From the NCBI RefSeq assembly GCF_001194135.2, contig NC_068996.1, positions 6,091,885 to 6,148,751 on the forward strand: a stretch of 56,867 bases of DNA, in the 5' to 3' direction. The stretch comes from Octopus bimaculoides. Its lineage: Eukaryota. The position numbers and the translations under genes are program-made. Below the pieces are notes generated by a model. The model had not been told where the DNA came from and did not search any database. It saw only the letters and a list, made by a program, of their open reading frames with translations. This document shows positions 32,833-45,381 of this stretch, one piece after another (positions within the stretch are counted from its first letter, which is position 1; each line of letters starts with the position of its first letter).

Positions 32833-34007
32833 GTACTGTTCTGCAATGGTAAGATCAACAAAAAAAGTACTCCATCTCGTGAGAGATAAATATTATTTAC
32901 TAAACACAAAAAATAGCACATAAAGACATATATTATGTTTATTAAATAATATATATATATATATCAAGTATATATAAATCATAAATCTGAAAGAGAAACA
33001 CACTCTAAGTTATAGAACAGTAGAGTAATTAGATAAAAATATTGGGTTGTCCGGAAAGTACATGCTAATTTTCCAAAAGGTTCTTCTCACTCAACTCATG
33101 TGGTACCCAAACATCATAGCGATTTGTGTACCCAAGCTTTACCAGGTGCCCATGAACGACGGATTTTGATAGGTTGAGGTTTTCTGCCAATTCTCAGGTT
33201 GTGCAATGTAGGTTATTCTCAATTAATGACTTAATTTGGTCATTGTTTGTAGTGGATGGTCTGCCTGATCGCTCTTTATCAATAAGGCTACAATCTCCAG
33301 CTCAGAACCTTGCGAACCACTTCCGTACAGTTCTTTCGGATAAAGAAACATCACCGTAAACTGCGCATAATTCTTTGGTTGCTTGTGAGGCATTTTTCTC
33401 TTTACGGAAAAAGAAAAGCATCAAGTGCTAAAAATGAATTTTCTTATCTTCCATTTTACAGGGTTAGAGAATTAACACAGGTTATAGGAACATAAACCTT
33501 CTTCCAGGAAAAGATAGCTTAAACTGTGCTCTAAATGGAGGGGTAGTCAAATCCTATTTTATGAACTCANNNNNNNNNNTGGAGGGGTAGTCAAATCCTA
33601 TTTTATGAACTCAACCATGTTCTAAAATAAGTCGAAAGGTAAGCTACTATAAATTGGCACAAACTTTCCGGACAACCCAATAGTTATGGTCAGTCTATGG
33701 GGTTTACTCAGGGCTTCACGTCCATAAAGCACTTAGCTTTACAGTATCTCTTCAGACCCTGAAAGCCAGTGACCTATGAACTCTCTTCAGAGACCTTGTG
33801 GCTAATTTTTGAACACACAAAGAAGAGTTAAGTGCAAGGGATTGTCTTCCTTAGACCGCTGTCTATAATCACCTTGTGGATATCCAAACTTCAGTAGGAA
33901 TCTCCTAAAGTGTAATCAGGCAGGCAAACAGTCAGGCACACAGACGGACTGATAGATAGAAACACAGACAAGCAGACAGACAGGTAGATAGATGGATAGA
34001 TAGATAA

Positions 34008-34064
<57 letters not shown>

Positions 34065-37000
34065 GACAGACAGACAGATTGATAGATATACACACGACAG
34101 GTTTCTGTCTATCAAATCCACATGTGAGGCTTTGGTCAGCTTGGAGTTACAGTAGAAGATACTTGTCCAATGTGCCATGCAGTGGGATTGACCCCCCAAA
34201 ACACATGGCTGGGAAGCAAACCTGGCCACACAGCCATACCTACATCCATTAGAAAAAAAAATGGTTTCTCATCCATTTTCTTCATGCTTTGTTAAAGATG
34301 TACCAAAGACTGGTTGTGGTGTTACACTCCTAATTACAAGATTGTGATTTTCATTATCAGACCAGGTGATGCACTGCGCTCTTGAAGAAAACACTCCATT
34401 TTATATTGTTCCAGTTCATTTCTTCACTGTAAATGGGTAATCCTGTGATTAACAGTCATCCTGTTTAGGAGGAATGCTGTAATCTCAGTCACTTATACAC
34501 CATGGAAGCCAGGGGCCAATGACATGGCTAACAGGGGAACAAAGTGAGTGACAGCTTGCCCCAAGCACATTTTTTTCAAAATTGGCACCTTTTCAACAAT
34601 TTAATCTAACTCTTTAGTTCATTTGGCTGATAAAAGTCAAATCTCTTTTTTTTTTATTTTTGTTAATCACATGGACTTTCTGGGAGTCCTTATTTTATTT
34701 GACCAATCTCCCATGTCTTTGAATTATCTGCTCAAGGCAGGGTGTCAGGTGATGCCTGTGAGGGTGCTTGGCTCTTCCAATGCTTTAGCCTCGCCATCGC
34801 CCATGATAATGCTGTGAGCATGCTGGCTTGCTTCAGTAGGTTCCTTGTCGTGTGCAACCAAGTGAAGCAATTGGTGTGGCATTGATGTTTTCTTTTCTTT
34901 CTTAGCTTTCTCCCTTATTTTTTTCTTTTTTTCTTTATCTTTCTTTTGTAAAATATTTTCTTGCTCATATTTTGAATAAAAATTGGAAGAGGAGAAAAAG
35001 AAAAAACAAATCTCCTGTGATGTGTTGGTGTCAGTTGACATCTGAAGGACCAAAACAAACCTTGACATCATAATCTCTCAACACTGCTCAACTCCTGCTG
35101 TGGATTTACATCTTTTTCACGTCACACCTATATCATAAGTTGTAAGTTTCATTGTTGCTGATAAATTAAATTAATGAACATAGAATACAATTACATATAT
35201 TACAACTAATGAAATATTTCATGTAATATAAGAGAAGTGAGTTAAAATTGTTTGGTATGTGTCACAGCACCTTTTTTCATGTGCTCGCTCTCCCTAACTG
35301 TAGAACCTGGCAATGCCTCTGTCAGGGGCCTTACTACTTTATATTTTAACATGTTTAATACTTACACAGTTTAGTTCTTCAAGTGAGTTCGGCTCACCAT
35401 CTACTGCTGGAGGTAAGTTTTGGTAGGTTCGCATTACATTGAACAAATTATGAGCAGCCCTGCAATTAGATTTATTAATGTTGATGTAAAACTGATTCAT
35501 TCAAATGAGGCACAGTACATAGTGGAATTTCTTTTATTGAGATATTGAGGTTCATGGAGCCGCAAAGCATGCAGCACCGTCGGCCTAGTGCACTGTATGC
35601 AGGCGGGCGCAGGCTGGGTCCAGTGGAAGGGGCAAGACCTATGGATGGCCCCTGCAGGCTTTCTACTACCAGTGGGATCAATGCAGTTAATGTTCTTTTT
35701 GGACTTTAATTCAAATTTATTGCAGAAGATAACAAAAAAATTTTTAAATAAAATTTGGACTACAGGTTGTCCAATGTGCCATGTAGTGGGATTGACCGCA
35801 AAAACACATGGTTGGGAAGCAAACCTGGCCACACAGCCATACCTACATCCATTAGAAAAAAAATTGTTTCTCATCCACTTTCTTCATGCTTTGTTAAAAT
35901 GTACAGAAGACATAATAGTGGTGACAAGAATATTATAGTGCTGATAATAACATACAAGTGGATAAGGATCCACATTATAACAATATAAAAGGCAGCATAT
36001 TTGTGAGTAGGCTAAAGTGCATGACAGAAAAGATGGGTGAAGAGATATTAGACTAACTCATTTTGAAGACAAATATAAATGTAAATTCCTAGTTATCCAA
36101 AAGGGCTCCTTTAAGAGCTCACATTTAAGATGGAAAAGGAAATCTGTACATTATTGGATATATATGTACATAATCTATATGTTTATGTGCCAGGGAGACA
36201 TATTACTGATACTCTCTATCTATTAAGGCAACTGCAGGAGGAGTATTTAACAAAAAAGCAAACCCCTGTACTCGGCATTTGTCAATCTGGAGAGAGCCTT
36301 TGTCAGGGTGCCTCACTCTTTCATTTGGTGGTGGCTGCAGAAGCTAGACATAGATAAATGACTAGTGAAAGCTGTTCAAGTCATGTACAGGGATGCTGTC
36401 AGTAAGGTGAGAGAGTCAGAAATGAGTACAGAGATAAATTTGATGAGCAGACAGGAATTCAGACAAGAGTTCACCAGGGTTCACTTATCAGGACCATCTT
36501 ATCATAGTCCTCCAGGCCATAACGGAGGAATTTAAGGCTGGTTGCCCATGGAAATTACTCAGTGCTGATGACCTTGTTCCTATAGCTGAAACAGTAAGAT
36601 TTAGAAATTAAATTCCAGGTGTGGAAGCAAAATCTGGAATCAAACAGTTAAACTAGCAGAGTTAATTGCAACAGTTAAATTAGCAAAAGCCAAATTTCTG
36701 GTAAATAGGAAAACTGACAGAACATTAAACCCTTCGGGTTAACTGGCCCTCAATATGTAGAAAAGGTGTAGGTCGAAATTCCATAGTGTACTCAGTGCAA
36801 ATTATGGGCACATAAGAGGTGCAATGAAATCACAAGAAGGTTAACAGAGGAAGTAGAATTTGTGTAAGATAAATGTGCAGGAGCAATACTCAATGAAGAT
36901 AGATAGGAAATAGATTTCTTCAAATACCTAGGAGGATCCTTAGAAGTAGTGGATAGTTTCTGCTATCTAAGGGACTTGAGGAGGGAGGATGTTATGAAAG

Positions 37001-38266
37001 TATAGTTGATTGAATAAGAACTATTACCTCTGATGGTAACAAAAGGTTTCTCTCTCAGAGTAGATTATATGATGGTTGTGTATGAACAGCCATTTTACAT
37101 CATAGTGAAATGTGGGCCATGAATGCAGAGGACATGCAGAGGCCTGAAAGAAATAAAGCAAGCATGCTCTGCTGGATGTGAAAATGTGTTGAAAGAAAAA
37201 CTGAGTATAAGAGGCATCGGATGTGGTGTGCAAGAGAGAAGACTGTGTTGGTAGTCGTGTGTGATGAAAGTGTCAACATCATACAAGCAGAGGACTTCAT
37301 TTCTGATCCTCCATGGAACCATATGTGGGCAAGGTGAAATATTACCTAGCTTGAAAGCAGGTGAGGATTAGCAACAAGAAGGTAATCTCCGGCCATAGAC
37401 AATCTGCCTCAATGAAATCTGTCTGATCTATGCAAGCATGGAAAAATGGATGGTAAAATGATAACAATGATTAGGACAAAATATGACTTAGCGCTGGTGC
37501 TGGTGCCCTGAAAGAAGCACTGGTGCTGGTGTCACATAAAAAGCACACCAGTGCCATATATAAAATGTACTGGTGCTGGTGCCATGTAAAAATCACTCAG
37601 TACACTCTGTAAAGTGGTTGGCATTAGGAAGGGCATCCAGCCCTAGAAACAATGTCAAAGCAGACTATGGGACCTGATGTGGCCCCTAGCCTTGCCAGCT
37701 CCTGTCAAACCATCCAACCCATTCTGGTATGGAAAATGGATGTTAAATTATGATGATGATGATGATGATGATGTACGAGCAACAACCTATGAAAGCAGAC
37801 TCAGACTATAATGACCCATCCAAGTCATGCTAGCATGGGAAGCAGATGTAAAATGGCGATGGTGGTGGTGGTGGTGGTAGCAGTGGTGGTGACAATAATG
37901 ATGATGATGATGATAATGATGACAGTGGTGGTGGTGGTGGTGATGACAACAACAACGATGTTGATGACAATGATAGTATACTTAAACACACATTTGGATT
38001 TGTCCGGACTTTAGAGCTTTTACACTTGCTGTGTTGTGTACATGGTTAAAAATAGATTCTAACTGGATGCGTGTGCTGCGCGAACTTTCATACTTGACCT
38101 GAAGGTTACTTAGTTGGTTGTTGTGTGCAAGGATTTCATTGCATTTTTCCTGAATTGGATTAAAGGCAGAGAGTTAGCAAAATAAGAAACAATAACAAAA
38201 ACAACAGTAGTAATATTATTAGCATTATTTTTATCAATCATAATCATAATAATAATGATAATGATA

Positions 38267-38310
<44 letters not shown>

Positions 38311-41300
38311 AATGATGATGATGATGAAGATGATGATGATGATGATAATGATGATGATGATGAAGATGATGATGATGATGATGAAGATGATGATGGTGAT
38401 GGTGGTGGTGGTGATGATGATGATGATGATGATGATGATAATTCTGGCTGAAGAAAGGAACTCAGAAAAAAGAGTCTTAGTGCATAAGGCCAAATTTTGG
38501 CCACAAATTGTAGGGTCAACCTTAGGAATGAACAAGTGTCTCCATCTGTACCACATCTGTAATAGAGTGGTCAAAACCATTGCCCATATCGCAAACAAAT
38601 GCCCTAGACTCGCCCAAAACCACTACAAGTTATGGTGACATGATTAGGTGACAAAAGTGCTACATTGGAAACTGTGTGAAAAGTGGGAGTTAAAGAGAAG
38701 AAAGACATTGGTTTGAGCACAAATCACAGAGAGTGGTAGAGTCGGAGACTAGCAAAATCCTCTGGGATTTCCCAATTCAAACAGATCAGGTGCCAGAGCA
38801 TAACAGACCGGATCTAGTGGTGATGGACAAGATGCACCACATGTGTTATATAGTTGGTGTTGTGTGCCTCTTTGACCCACAAATGGTCAAGAAGAAAGGC
38901 AGAAGAATAGACTCGGCAGCTATTTGTTATCTAGCAATATCAAGGGAAATAATAAGCATAATAATAACAATTTTTCTGAAATGGACAAAGACAGAACCAA
39001 AGGACTTGGAAGAACCAGGAAGCTGCTTACAAATCACAACACACACCACCCTAAACATAGTACCAACAAATTCTACCTACATAGAAAGGAAGAAGACAGA
39101 GGATTACTTTGTTAGTACTACATTATTAAAATATTATGTTCTGCAAAGTGAAGAAAGAATACTGTTGGTAGCTAGAGATACCCAAAACATTACTGTAACA
39201 ATAGGAGATTTCAAGAATGGAAGGAAGAACAATAGTGCAAGCAGATGTAAAGAAATAGAATTACATAGCTAATTCGTGTCCCAAATCGAGGATATTGGAA
39301 GTAAAGAACGACTGTTATAGCTGACAGATTGAAACTTAAAGCAAGACACCAAACTGCTAATTATAACTACACAACAACAAGCCATTAAAAAGAATTTAAC
39401 AAAGACAAAGATTGACGTAACAGTCAGAGAGCAAATGCAGAATTTGCAAAAAAGGACATGAAAGTTTTAACCATCTCTTGAGTGAATGCAGTAAGCTAGC
39501 AAACAAAATGTATAAGTGAAGGAATAACTGTGTATCTAAAAGGGGTGTAGTGGGATGTCAGCTGAGTGTGTGCATTCAAAGCACCAAAAAAAATGGTATG
39601 AATATGAGCCAGAGGTTGTGACGAGGATACTAATTACAGGATTTTTATTGTAATTTCTCATAATGTGTGACCATACTACTGAAGCAAGAAGAATAGATAT
39701 GATTATAGTAAATAAAATAAACAAACAGTGTGAGATCATTGACTTTGCAGTACCATATAATAATAGAGTGGATACAAAAGAAATGAAAAAAAATTGATAA
39801 ATATCAGAATCTAGCCAGAAAGTTGAAGAGACGGCGGTGAGCTGGCAGAAATGTTAGCATGCCGGGTGAAATGCTTAGTGGTATTTCGTCTGTCTTTACA
39901 TTCTGAGTTCAAATTCTGCCAAGGTCAACTTTGCCTTTCATCCTTTTGGGGTCGATAAATTAAGTACCAGTTATGCACTGGGGTCGATGTAATTGACTTA
40001 ATCCCTTTGTCTGTCCTTGTTTGTCCCCTCTATGTTTAGCCCCTTGTGGGCAATAAAGAAATAAGGAAGTTGAAGAGACTGTGGAAGACTAAGACAACTA
40101 TTATTTATGATAATTGGTGTATTTGGCACAACCTTCAAAATGCTATGTAAGAGGCTGAAAGTATTCAAATTGAGACATGCATTGTCAACCTGCAGAAAAG
40201 TGCAATCCTGTATTATTCAAGAATCCTAAGAAAGATTCTTGAAATTTGAGGAGATATTCTGTCAACAAACCTTGGGACGACTTCTCTGCAAATGAATGTA
40301 GCATGTAATAGCTTTAATAAAAACAAAAATAATTTCTTATACAAAAAGAAAGCCAGAGATGTTATGGGGAGACATAAAAGTTAATTACAGTCTTTATTTT
40401 ATGTAGCTCCTCCCTCCCCTGGAAGGATAAAAGGCAAAGTTGACTTTGGCAGGATTCAAAGTCAGATTGCAAAAGCTCATAACCAAATACTGTTAAAATG
40501 GGGGGAGGGGGGGCAGTCAATTAGACTGACCTCAGTATGCAACTGGTACTTAATTTATCGACCCCAAAAGGATAAAAGGCAAAAGTCGACCTCAGTGGAA
40601 TTAGAACTCAGAACGTGATGACAACATGAAACACCGGTAAACATTTTGCCCGGCATGCTAATATTTCTGCCAGCTCACTTCCTTAGATATCAATATTCTT
40701 TTCTACTCTAGGTACAAGGCCTGAAATTTTGTGGGAGGGGGCCAGTCAATTAGATCGACCCCAGTACACAAGTGGTACTTAATTTATTGACCCTGAAAGG
40801 ATGAAAAGCAAAGTCAACCTTGGCAGAATTTAAACTCAGAACATAGACAGACAAAATACCGCTAAGCATTTCACCCAGCATGTTAACGTTTCTGCCAGCC
40901 CGTGGCCTTGCAGCAACAACAACATTGACATCAAAAACAACAGCACCAACAACAGCAGCAGCAGTGGAAGCAATACCCAAATCAATAATCTCAACAATAA
41001 CAACAAAAACAATATCAACAATGGTAATAGCAGAACAAGACCAAAAACAGAATTTCCAGAAGCAGCAATAAGAACATAAACAAAAATAACTTTATTCTAA
41101 GCCTCCCCTAACTCACATTGCAAGTTCCTTCTTACCTGCCTACACAACAGGCCTTATGCATGACCATCTTCATTACCATTGATACACCTTTCTAGATACA
41201 CCTCTCTTCTTCTACATCTTGGAGAGACACTGAGTCTTCAGTCATAATGAATTGGCCCTACTAGGAAGTTGAGCATTTTACAAAAAAACAAACAAACCTA

Positions 41301-42362
41301 AAAGTCTATGGGAAGTGATCTATTTGATTTAATAGCTGAAAGAAAATATGGACTCGGCAAGACAGAGTACAGGCAACCTATTTAAGACAGAGAAGAGGCA
41401 ACCTATTTAACCCTTTGTTGCCATATTTCTTTTGAGATGCTCTGTTTCTTTCAATTACTTTGGAGCCTGGTGTAGCCATCCGGTTGCACCAGTCCTCAGT
41501 CAAATCGTCCAACCCATGCTAGCATGGAAAGCGGACGTTAAACGATGATGATGATGATAACAAAGAATTTAGTAAAATTTTGACTAAGGTTCAGTGGAAG
41601 ATTTTAATTCAAAACTTATTAAAACAAGACGTTTGTACTACAGAGCCAGAAGCAGTTTCAGCCAGGTTGGTAACGAAAGAGTAACTCCAAAATAAAAAAT
41701 AATACAATTATCACTTTAGCATTTAGATTGGCAATATCTGATCCAAATATTCTACCTGTTCTAAGATCAAACTGGTGAAATCCAGCCTCTCACACCTACC
41801 TTAGAATGTCATTTGAAAAATAAAAAACCACATCAATGGAATGTTATAGCTACGAGATAATGCATGATCTATTCAAAACAATGTGAATTAATTAGCATTA
41901 CATTTGACAGAATGGTCTGAATGCTAAAGAGCTAATCTTGCTGTAGACAGTAGTTCTGGTGCCTGTGGAATAATAAAATCTACCGTTTCCAAGTTACATG
42001 ATCATTATCAAGAGGAAGGACATCTAACTATGAAAATTTTGGAAAAGAAAGAAAAAACAGCAAGAAAGACAATGACGGGATTCTCAAATCAATGACAACA
42101 GGGACAAACAGATGTACAAAAATAACACTAATAGTGATGACGATACTTTGGAGAAATAAAATTGAAGAACTCACTTCAGTGACACTATGAATCTTTATTT
42201 TAATAGCTTCAATTAAGTCTTGATGTTTTCTTTCAGTCTCAAGTAAATCCTGAAAAAAAAAACACATACATATATATATATATATATATGTACAAAACAC
42301 ACACACACACACTACATATACATATATCATCATCATCATTTAATGTCCATCTTCCATGCTGG

Positions 42363-42408
<46 letters not shown>

Positions 42409-42893
42409 TAATGTAAAATGGAGACAAATGCACAAGATGTTGTTTAAATCATTTATGTCACCATATCACTGACATATGTTTCAATTGATACATTAACATT
42501 AATCCGAGAGGAAGAATAATNNNNNNNNNNNNNNNNNNNNNNNNNNNNNNNNNNNNNNNNNNNNNNNNNNNNNNNNNNNNNNNNNNNNNNNNNNNNNNNN
42601 NNNNNNNNNNNNNNNNNNNNNNNNNNNNNNNNNNNNNNNNNNNNNNNNNNNNNNNNNNNNNNNNNNNNNNNNNNNNNNNNNNNNNNNNNNNNNNNNNNNN
42701 NNNNNNNNNNNNNNNNNNNNNNNNNNNNNNNNNNNNNNNNNNNNNNNNNNNNNNNNNNNNNNNNNNNNNNNNNNNNNNNNNNNNNNNNNNNNNNNNNNNN
42801 NNNNNNNNNNNNNNNNNNNNNNNNNNNNNNNNNNNNNNNNNNNNNNNNNNNNNNNNNNNNNNNNNNNNNNNNNNNNNNNNNNNNNNNNNNNNN

Positions 42894-42971
<78 letters not shown>

Positions 42972-44535
42972 CAAACATAGATATATATACATGCATACAT
43001 ACATACATACATACATACATACATGCATACATACATATTTTAAGCTGAAAAGCCCATCGTTACCAGGCAATTTTTACAATAGAATATCTTACATAAATTT
43101 TTATCTAATGTCAGAGTATGTCTTCCCCAAAAGATAAGCCTCTTGATCAGGATAGATTTGTGCAATTTTTCGACAAAAAGTTTTGTTGAGGATTTCTTCC
43201 TTTTAAAATTGTTTACATGTCTGTTCAACTGTTTCACATGACTTTATTCATTAAAACTTCAGAAATTCTTACAATTTTTTTGTTGTAAAGCTTTGCTTTT
43301 GTTTGTTTAATAAAAATTCCTTCTCCTAATGATTTTGCTTTTATTTTGTGATAGACAGCTATCATGCACAAAATGCCAGCTTCCAAATCCTGTTTTCTGA
43401 TAAGGTAAAATCAATTAAATTTTAAACCTCAGTAACATTTTTCTGCAATTTTTCTGGAATAAATAGATAACAAAATTGGATTTAATGTGGAAAATTATTT
43501 CAATATACCAAATTTGGAAATTTTGATGTAATTTTAAAATCTCACAATATGTGACAGCAACAGGGAAGACCCTACAAAAGTAGGGAGACAGACAATTATA
43601 GAACATCTACACACACACACATTTACAAACGTACACACAGGTAATTACAAATTTAAAATGTAAAGTAGACATGTATGTATGTACATATGTATATATATAT
43701 ATATATATATATGCATGTGTGTGTGTGTGTCTGTGTGAGTGTTTCTTTGCGATGGACAGCAGAAAAGCCACTGATCCCTCTTTCCTTAAAGCTACGTATT
43801 CCTCACACACACCTGTGTGTGTGTGTGTGTGTGTTGTATCTATGTATTTACAAAAGTATGTATGCAGCATCGCATGTATATGACAGCTGTATTAATGTTA
43901 CTATTCCATTGCCACCGACGTTCTCACCTTCACTGATGTNNNNNNNNNNTGACAGCTGTATTAATGTTACTATTCCATTGCCACCGACGTTCTCACCTTC
44001 ACTGATGTAAGTCATCCTCACTCTGTTACTATCTTTCCCTCACACTAATACTTTTTGCAACCTTCTCATTTTATCATATAATTCACCCAATGTCCCTGGG
44101 AGGTACATTATATATTTTTATTGAAATCCAATTAGCCTATTATCAAACTGGATATTAATGTAACATATTGTGCAGGTGGCACATAAAAGACACCATTTCG
44201 AGCGTGGCCGTTTTCGTGCGGGTGACACGTAAAAGCACCCACTACACTCTCTGAGTGGTTGGCATTAGGAAGGGCATCCAGCTGTAGAAACTCTGCCAAA
44301 TTAGATTGGAGCCTGGTGTTGCCATCCGGTTTCACCAGTCCTCAGTCAAATCGTCCAACCCATGCTAGCATGGAAAGCGGACGTTAAACGATGATGATAT
44401 ATGCAAAGTTTCATGAATTTTGGTTTGCTGCTTTAGGCACTAAGATGGTAACAGACAGACAGACAAAAATTCCCATCCATCCATCCATTCATCCATCCAT
44501 CCATCCAACCATCCATCCATATATACATACATACA

Positions 44536-44568
<33 letters not shown>

Positions 44569-44724
44569 TCAGCAACAGTAGAAGTTACATGCGAATAATT
44601 ATATATACATATATATATATATATATGGAGAGGAGGGGGTATGCATTCAATCATTTTACAAGCACAAAGTTAGCACCAATGGTTTCATAATGCTGATAAA
44701 TATCTATGTGTGTATGTATGTATG

Positions 44725-44798
<74 letters not shown>

Positions 44799-45345
44799 TG
44801 TGTGAATGTGTAAATATATATATATATATATATAATATAGATTTAATCAAAAGATTATATGTGGTACTTAAAATGTTTGAGGCACCAGAATTTGGTAGGG
44901 TAAAAACCAAAAACAAACTCAAGAGATTTGGTGAATAAAATTTGAAGAAAAGCAACAAGAATTCATTAGGTTATAGCAGTACGTACGTTTCGTACAAACT
45001 TCATTTATTTATGTAGTGAGAACACTACATAAGATGTGCAATGAAAATATACTCCTCAGCTGCATAATGGAAGTTCATTTTAGAAAGTCATTTTGTAGAT
45101 GTGTGCAAATACAAGAGTAGGAGATGAAGAAAATACCAGTCAAGATGGTATTTTCTTCATCTCCTACTCTTATATTTGCACACATCTACAAAATGACTTT
45201 CTAAAATGAACTTCCATTATGCAGCTGAGGAGTACATTTTCATTGCACATCGTATGTGGTGTTCTCACTACATAAATAAATGAAGTTTGTACGAAACGTA
45301 CGTACTGCTATAACCTAATGAATTTTTGTTGCTTTTCTTCAAATA

Positions 45346-45381
<36 letters not shown>

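Noticed and set aside
33537-33614. Identical ~33-bp direct repeat inside the mariner
   Set aside because: It flanks a 10-N gap; assembly artefact.
43880-44008. Identical ~59-bp direct repeat
   Set aside because: It flanks a 10-N gap, so it is an unmerged contig overlap.
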